From the human T2T-CHM13v2.0 reference genome, Homo sapiens: a stretch of DNA of 64,000 bases. Shown here in pieces: positions 57,290-64,000 of this stretch (positions within the stretch are counted from its first letter, which is position 1; each line of letters opens with the position of its first letter). The DNA lies in NCBI RefSeq assembly GCF_009914755.1, contig NC_060937.1; one strand, given 5' to 3'. Position numbers and translations under genes: made by a program. The notes under the pieces were generated by a model that was not told where the DNA came from, searched no databases, and saw nothing but the letters and a program-made list of their open reading frames with translations.

Positions 57290-58260
57290 ACTTGTGTAGT
57301 CAGGAAGGATGGCAAAGGCAGCACCGCCTCCTGAAACAATAGAGTCATCAGGCACGTTGCTGCCCCCGTCTAATTTGATGTGTCAGGCCCTAATCAGCTC
57401 TGTTTCACAGTGCTTTGCTCCATAAAAGCAGATTTGTTTAACCACAACCTCTATTTCAGCATGACTGGAGAAGGAAGAATAACGGAGGAGACCAGGCATA
57501 TCTCACGTGTTGTGTTGTGGGTATAAAGTGAATCCATCATTTGCTGGAGAGGCAGAGGAAAAGTGACAGGCTCATTCATGCCTTCGAGACATTTTTGGGT
57601 CTATTGAAAATTTTAATCTGTGCACTCTGGTTGAACCTCCGCACTCCTTAATTTAGTACACACAGCCATGCGCTAGGTCTGTCTGCCTCAGATAGGGCCG
57701 GCTGGCTTCTGTAGGACAGCAACCCCCCTGAGGAGTTTTCTTCTCTAAATTCATCCTGCCTTGAACTTTACACACACATATAAGCTCCATTTACGGGAGG
57801 ATTCCAGAGTTAATTAAACGCTGAATTTGTTTCTTTAGAAATCGCATATGCCTCGGGGTTAAGGAATAGCGTTTCAGCAACCACGTTAATTTAGGATTAA
57901 GCATACTGTACATTTTCTGAATAAATTTTATTTTTATAAGTATACATTGAGAGAGATGGGGAAATTTTCCCCCTCTGTTACCATAAAAGGTTTTAAAAAT
58001 AGATTTAAAAAGGACACCATATGCCAGGAGATGCTGCAAATCAGCAAATTCAAAACCATCCTTTACGTAAAATGCATTGGAAACAGACAAATAAACTAGA
58101 ATGCTGGAAAAATTGTTGCTTTGCTGATAAGGCCATGGAACGACTTCCACCGGAGGCTCCCAGCTTTAAGTCCTGTTCACTCTGGATTTGCTCTGTGCAC
58201 ACCACGGTAATAATCGCAGAAGCATAATATTTACAAATATTTGGGTCAAAGATGACAGGT
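57290..58260. promoter_or_regulatory. Candidate developmental enhancer
   Basis: Repeat-free, CpG-retaining stretch with clustered homeodomain/Sox motifs; motif evidence only. Confidence 0.35.
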
Positions 58261-58773
58261 CAGATTTTTATTATCAAACTAGCAAGTCAATACTGACATA
58301 TACTAGTTTTAGTTCCACTAAAGATACTACATATAACAGCAGACACGTTTGTTCTTAATTTTCCTAAAGGTAGGTGTTTGGCAGAAGATAAAGCCTGAGC
58401 AAATAGAGAACAGAAGAAGCCAGGAAACTGGTATTGTCCTCGGTGGATTTACTTTGAAACACTGTACTATAAAAACTTTGCAAGTAATTCAGTACCTTGA
58501 GTTCATTTTCATTGATATCTTTGCACATCATGTACAAGAAAGTTGTGTTTTGGCAAAATGATCAATATCTTAAGTCACAGATTTACAAAATGCCAGAGAA
58601 TATTCTTTGCATTCAAATTAAGAGAGACACAGAACATGAAAAAAAAGTGTATTTAAAGATCTCGGACAACCTCGACCTTTTTGTTTATATGTTTAGTTTA
58701 AATTATTAATGACATGTATGTGTTCACTTCAACATGGAATGTTTCTTTCCTTTCCTGTTCTTTTTCTCTGTCT

Positions 58774-58810
58774 GTAAAGTTTGAAATAAATCAGTAAAGT
58801 TTGAAATAAA
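58774..58810. repeat. 20-bp-period tandem duplication
   Basis: GTAAAGTTTGAAATAAA x2. Confidence 0.85.
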
Positions 58811-59779
58811 AACAATTGTTACAGTTTCTGAGGTAGAGAGACAATTAGGTAGCATTTGGCATTTTCTGTAGGTCAGATGAGCGTATGGATTCTTGGAGGT
58901 AAAAAGTTCAATTCATGAAGAAGAACAGAGACAACCGAAGGCTACAATGACTACAGTAAAATAAAACAGCCCTAAAGCCCAGCCGAGTAAGCCCTCATCC
59001 ATAAATCTTATTAATCAGGGCTACTTCGAAATACAATGAGCAAGGGAGAAAATTATGCCCTATTTCAGACTTGCCCAGTTTCTTTATCACTTAGAAGAAA
59101 GACAAAAAAAAAAAAAAGAAATTATTAGGACCATGTAAGACAGATAATCAAATCAAGGAACAATGCAACTATTGTCATATGTAGGATAGAAACTACGCAT
59201 AGTATTTTGAAGAAGCATAAATAGCCTATATTGATATGTCAAATTTTTCCATTTACAGATGTGCGGAATTTCTATTGGTTGTGTGAGATGATCTCATTTT
59301 TAGGGAGACGTAGCTGTATGTCATTTATAGCTGTGATTTATATTGCTTGACCTATTGAGGTAAAAATAGTGGTTGTTCTAAGAGTATCCCCTGTCTGAAT
59401 GCATTGTGCAGAGTGTTCATTCTGGAACACTTGCTGTTTCAGTTCTGATTCATTTTGAGAAGAATTCCTTTTCCGGACTTCTATAAACAGACATTGGCAA
59501 AGGAAATTAAATAAAGCAAACTAAGATGATCTAATTGTGAGTGAGTCAAAGCCTCATAAAGCATTATAATTTGGATATTTTATCTTAATGTCCGAGAGGA
59601 AGCTGCTATTAAACCACTAGCCTTAAGCAAAGCAACACATATGTAATAATGCAAACGAAGAGAATCAGATTGGCCCATTACTTGATAAAAGTTAATTGTT
59701 TTAATGAATATTTTTGGCAACTACAAAACAACATAATTTTATAATACTTCAAACTTATAGATGTAGTGAAATTACTTTT

Positions 59780-61950
59780 TAATGATGTTTAATTTTAATT
59801 TTTTTGTTTTTAAATTGTAAAGCAACTTAAAAGTTCTATAAAACTTCAAAACTATATGCATAGAAGGAAAAAAATAATCCTACCTCAAAAGGCGTACAGA
59901 TCCCGACATTCATGGATGATAAGATCTTTCCTGATCTGTTTGCTGTCATTCAGTGATGACACACATAGACATTGTTAAATAGACATGGAGAAATATGAAA
60001 GTGAAGTTTTTCTGTTTATTTGCATGGGTCTGTTTTTATATTTTCACGAAATATATATCTCAAATATTTATCAGGTCAGCAAGTGTTCTTTGGAAAAAGG
60101 AATTCTGCTTTTTCTTCATTTTCTGATTCTTCATTTTATACATCTAGCACAATTTACTCAATCAGATTTTGTTGAATATTAAGGTTATTTCCTTTATTCA
60201 CATATTGAAAGCAATCTTAGGTTGTTTATTTTCCTTCAAAAAAAAAAGCAGACCCACGATAATTTTCTTAAACTGTACATTTTATGGTATCTAACACAAA
60301 TTTTCTTAAGTTTCCAAAATTATAAGAGGAATGGTTTTCATAGTTTTAAATTGCATTTTTCAACACTTGCAAGATTAACTTTTACAAATAAATTCACATA
60401 TGGGAATTTTTATTTTATATAATTATCTACTTATATTTTTTTCTTAGTGATGTTAAGATCTTTTATATAATCATTCATGTATTACTATTGTTTGCTTTTT
60501 AATTTTTTGGGGAGCTTAAAAGGTTTGTTTGCCTGTTTTTGCATAAGTATGTTTCAAATGCATGAAATTAGTGTAGTTTAAAAAAATAATTTGTGCTCTT
60601 GTACGAGGGTTTACAAAAGCTTCCTTTCAAATCATGGAAATAGGCGATTTATTTATTTAACTATTCTTTTGTTTTGATTGGCTTTGTTTTTAACACTAGC
60701 TCATATAAACTAGGTATAATACATTTGGACATAGGGTAAAAGAGAAGAAATTTTATTGTATTAGTAAAAGGTTACTCCAGAGCTACTTACAAAATAATGT
60801 ATCTTTTTTATTTTTTCATGATGGCATTTTTGGCATATACTAAAATCTGTACATTAATATCTACATTTGCACTTTTTGTTTTATTAAGTTGTTTCTTTTT
60901 TTTCTATTTGGGAGTACAACTTTGAAATCATTACAGTTCTTTAAAATATACATTAGTGTTTAATAGAGCAAGTCCTCTCATTATTATTGTTTCTAAAACT
61001 CTTAACAAATTTTCTTTCATTAATATCTTTAAAACCATTTTGTCACACTCTTGCTAATCGGGAAAAATAACTAATAGATACTAGGCTTAATGCTTTGGTG
61101 ATGAAGTAATTTGTACAACAAACCCTTATGATACACGTTTGGCTATGTAACAAGCTTGCGCATCCTGCACATGCACGCCCAAAGTTGAAATAAAAGTTAA
61201 AATAATCCTCCAAATAATATTGTATTATATACATTTATGTTTCACTTAGGAATATGTTTCAGTTTTAAAACATTTTGTTTATACAATACAATTTTATAAA
61301 ACCTTTCCCTATGTACCAAGTTAATTTTTAGATGATATACATATTTATGGTAGATGTGAGTGAAAGCTTTGTATTTGTATGCTTCTTAGTTATTATTGCT
61401 AGTTTTTGAAAAATCTTGAATATATTTCTATTAGTCTTAATACACATTAATTGTATTCCCTTGGCTTATTTATATAGTAAATAACATTTGCAAAGATAAT
61501 TTTTAATAAAATGTTGAAACGTTTCCATGTTCTGTTATTTCAGCTAAAAAATAACTACAATAAAAACAGTGACCCATGTGTCCCAAGCACTCTTCTAAGA
61601 GCCAGAAAGACAGCTCTAAAATATCACCTCTGCTATTATAAAGTTTATAGTCTTACTTTATACCATATTTATTTCTATTTTGATAGTTCTGATTTATTCT
61701 TTTATTCTTTAATATATTGTTATATATTACTTTTCAAAGGATGAGCTTCAGTATTTATAATGTCTTTTTTTCTGTTACCTATATCATTAGCATCAATATA
61801 TGCATTTTTTTTCTTATTTTCATCTTATTGGGGCTACTTTTAGTCTAACTTATTGCCTTGAGTGCCTGTTTTTTTTTTTTTAAATCTTTCAAATTGGTTT
61901 GACCATAATTAGACTAAGGTTTATTGAGGTGGCATCTAGAGGGTGTTAAA
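59780..61950 (-). mobile_element. Degenerate L1M(E) remnants
   Basis: T-rich antisense L1M-like sequence; boundaries uncertain. Confidence 0.4.
61058..61203 (+). mobile_element. Short L1PA13/L1PB-type 3' end
   Basis: AAATAACTAATAGATACTAGGCTTAA...TGTACAACAAACCC...CATCCTGCACATG...AAATAAAAGTT. Confidence 0.85.
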
Positions 61951-62229
61951 TTTTATGCTTCCTATCTTTTTTTTTCCTATCCAGACCCTATCTATAGCTA
62001 TAGATAGATAGGGACATAGGTGATGGTAGAGATATAGACTAGATAAATCAGAACTCTGAGAGATTAGAAACTTCAACATCCACAAGAGAGTAAACAAGGG
62101 AAGAAAGAAGCCTTATTCTATTTTGAGGTCTTTCTTTGAACATTACAAATAATTTCTCTCCTTCCACTGCCTCCTTTAATTTATATTGGGGTCCCTTAGT
62201 TCTGGGTCAATTTGTTAAAATGAGCAGGT

Positions 62230-62900
62230 TATGAGATGTTGAGTGAGGAGCCCACACGACTGTCCTCCTGAGGTCCCGCACTGCCATCTGAGCAGGAGCA
62301 GGCGTCTGTCACGCTGAAGACCTGCGTGCTACTCTGTGGTTTCAGAATCCTGGTAGAGGAGAGCGTTACTTTAAGAAGCAGACACGTGAGCCTCCAGATG
62401 CAGCCAAGCATGAAATCAGCTCGGGTGGATAACCTTGAACAGCGACAAAAGAACAATCTCCTTCCAAACTGGGCTAGGAATTTGTATTACTGAACTATGC
62501 CAAGTTCGAAGGAGGCAAGTACGGTTGCTTGAAAGTTATGGGAAACAAACAAATAAAAACTAAAGAAATCCAGATCTTTCCAGGTGTAGACAAATGCTCT
62601 ATTTCTGGATGACAGGTTTGATTTGCTTAAACACATTTCAATGAATTGAAGGTTGGAGTTGAGAGTGTGTCGTGACACATTCCTGTCTTACCAGAATAGG
62701 GGGGAGGAAATTGCTGATCCCGGGAGCTAAAGCACCTTTTTTCACACACGTGGTCGGCCTTTGGCACTTTTGTCACATGCACATTGCCTGCCAGCTCCTC
62801 CACCCTCCACTGGGTGAGGAGACGCTGCTGCCTTGAGTCAGGACCTGCATTAATGGGGGCGTAAGGTTTTTACTCAGCGGAGGAGACACCCCCACCTAGT
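62230..62900. promoter_or_regulatory. Candidate enhancer (E-box/AP-1)
   Basis: Locally GC- and CpG-richer; CACGTG at 62383 and 62747, TGAGTCA at 62834. Confidence 0.3.
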
Positions 62901-64000
62901 GAAGCTAAAACTGAAATCTGATCATGAGGGAGAGGTTGTGTTGGTCTTGCCATTACTATGTGTTCATATCATATGTTAAATTTTACGTATTTCCTTTTCC
63001 ACTTATCAGATACACTTTATATCAGTGCTTTCCTCCGATGAATTAAGATTGTATTTCTATTTTCAAATTATTTAAAAAATTGGAAATCTTTAGAGAGAAA
63101 TGTTTTGTACCACTAGTTTGTTCTTACTACCAGATGAGTTTGATGGTGGGGCGGAAAGTGTTTCTTTAGGTTGGAAGTTAGAATGTATTCTCGAAAGTTT
63201 AGATTCTCATCTAAACTGATTCATATAAACCAATAGTCTAACAAAGAAAATGTGAATTCACTTACGTGTTTTCATTTAGATGTTACCAACAATTATTCTA
63301 CAATTTGTAAGAATGTGTGTGTGTATGTATCTCTTGGTGCGTGTGTGTGTGTGTGTGTTTGGTGTATTATTAATTCTATTTCTTAACTATTTTAGGTGTT
63401 TGTAAATTAATTTGACTTAGCAAATTCTGGAAGCCATATTCATAGTTTTTATTTAAATCTAGACACATAAAGTCTTTTTTATTAATTTTCTCATGTCACA
63501 GTTTTCCACACTCACTCATTATGTCTAAAACCCAGTAGCTTCTAGAGGTAAATTGCTTTTTAGGAGAATATTCGCTAAGTATCTACACTCTATTTTAGTT
63601 CCAAAATCTTTTAAGTTGGAAATGTGCATGTGCCTGGGAAAATTGAAATCAAAATTAAATTTTCTGTCAAGGAAAATATAAAATTTGAAATCACAAATGA
63701 CTCATTCCTTTCTAATGACTATTTTGCATCACTATTATTAATGACGTTTTAGAAGGTTTACACACATTCAAAATGTTAGTATCTTTTGATATTAACAAAT
63801 GAAGGGAACACTTTCGACAATCAAGCTTTGGGTATTTTTTACATTTATTAAATATGTGATTGAAATTTATTTAATAAGCATTCCTGAATGACAAAAATAA
63901 TTTAAATGCTGCTACTTTTAGAAAGATTAGAAGACGTGCGGCAGAGGGCTTGGGGTCATGAGTCTGGAGTATTGGACACATATACTAGTTATTCCACTAA

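Overview
AT-rich human genomic DNA (the human-specific AluYb8 at 1342-1654 fixes the species), either intergenic or deep intronic. I find no credible protein-coding exon; the supplied ORFs are Alu-, L1- or microsatellite-derived or random. The window is a mosaic of about 11 Alus, L1PA/L1M fragments, L2, MIR, MaLR/ERV LTRs and hAT DNA-transposon fossils, separated by unique stretches, several of which look like enhancers. The most unusual structure is a THE1 LTR (44025-44747) split by a ~370-bp insertion stitched from inverted copies of two neighbouring segments (one ~0.7 kb downstream, one ~1 kb upstream) plus a 14-bp snap-back, which creates two crossing inverted repeats. Other highlights are a 259-bp orphan retroposed fragment with a perfect 18-bp TSD (29948-30206), a twin-primed L1, and a perfect 30-bp palindrome next to a second hairpin. 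Repeat subfamily names are recalled from consensus sequences, not from a search, and boundaries of old repeats are approximate.
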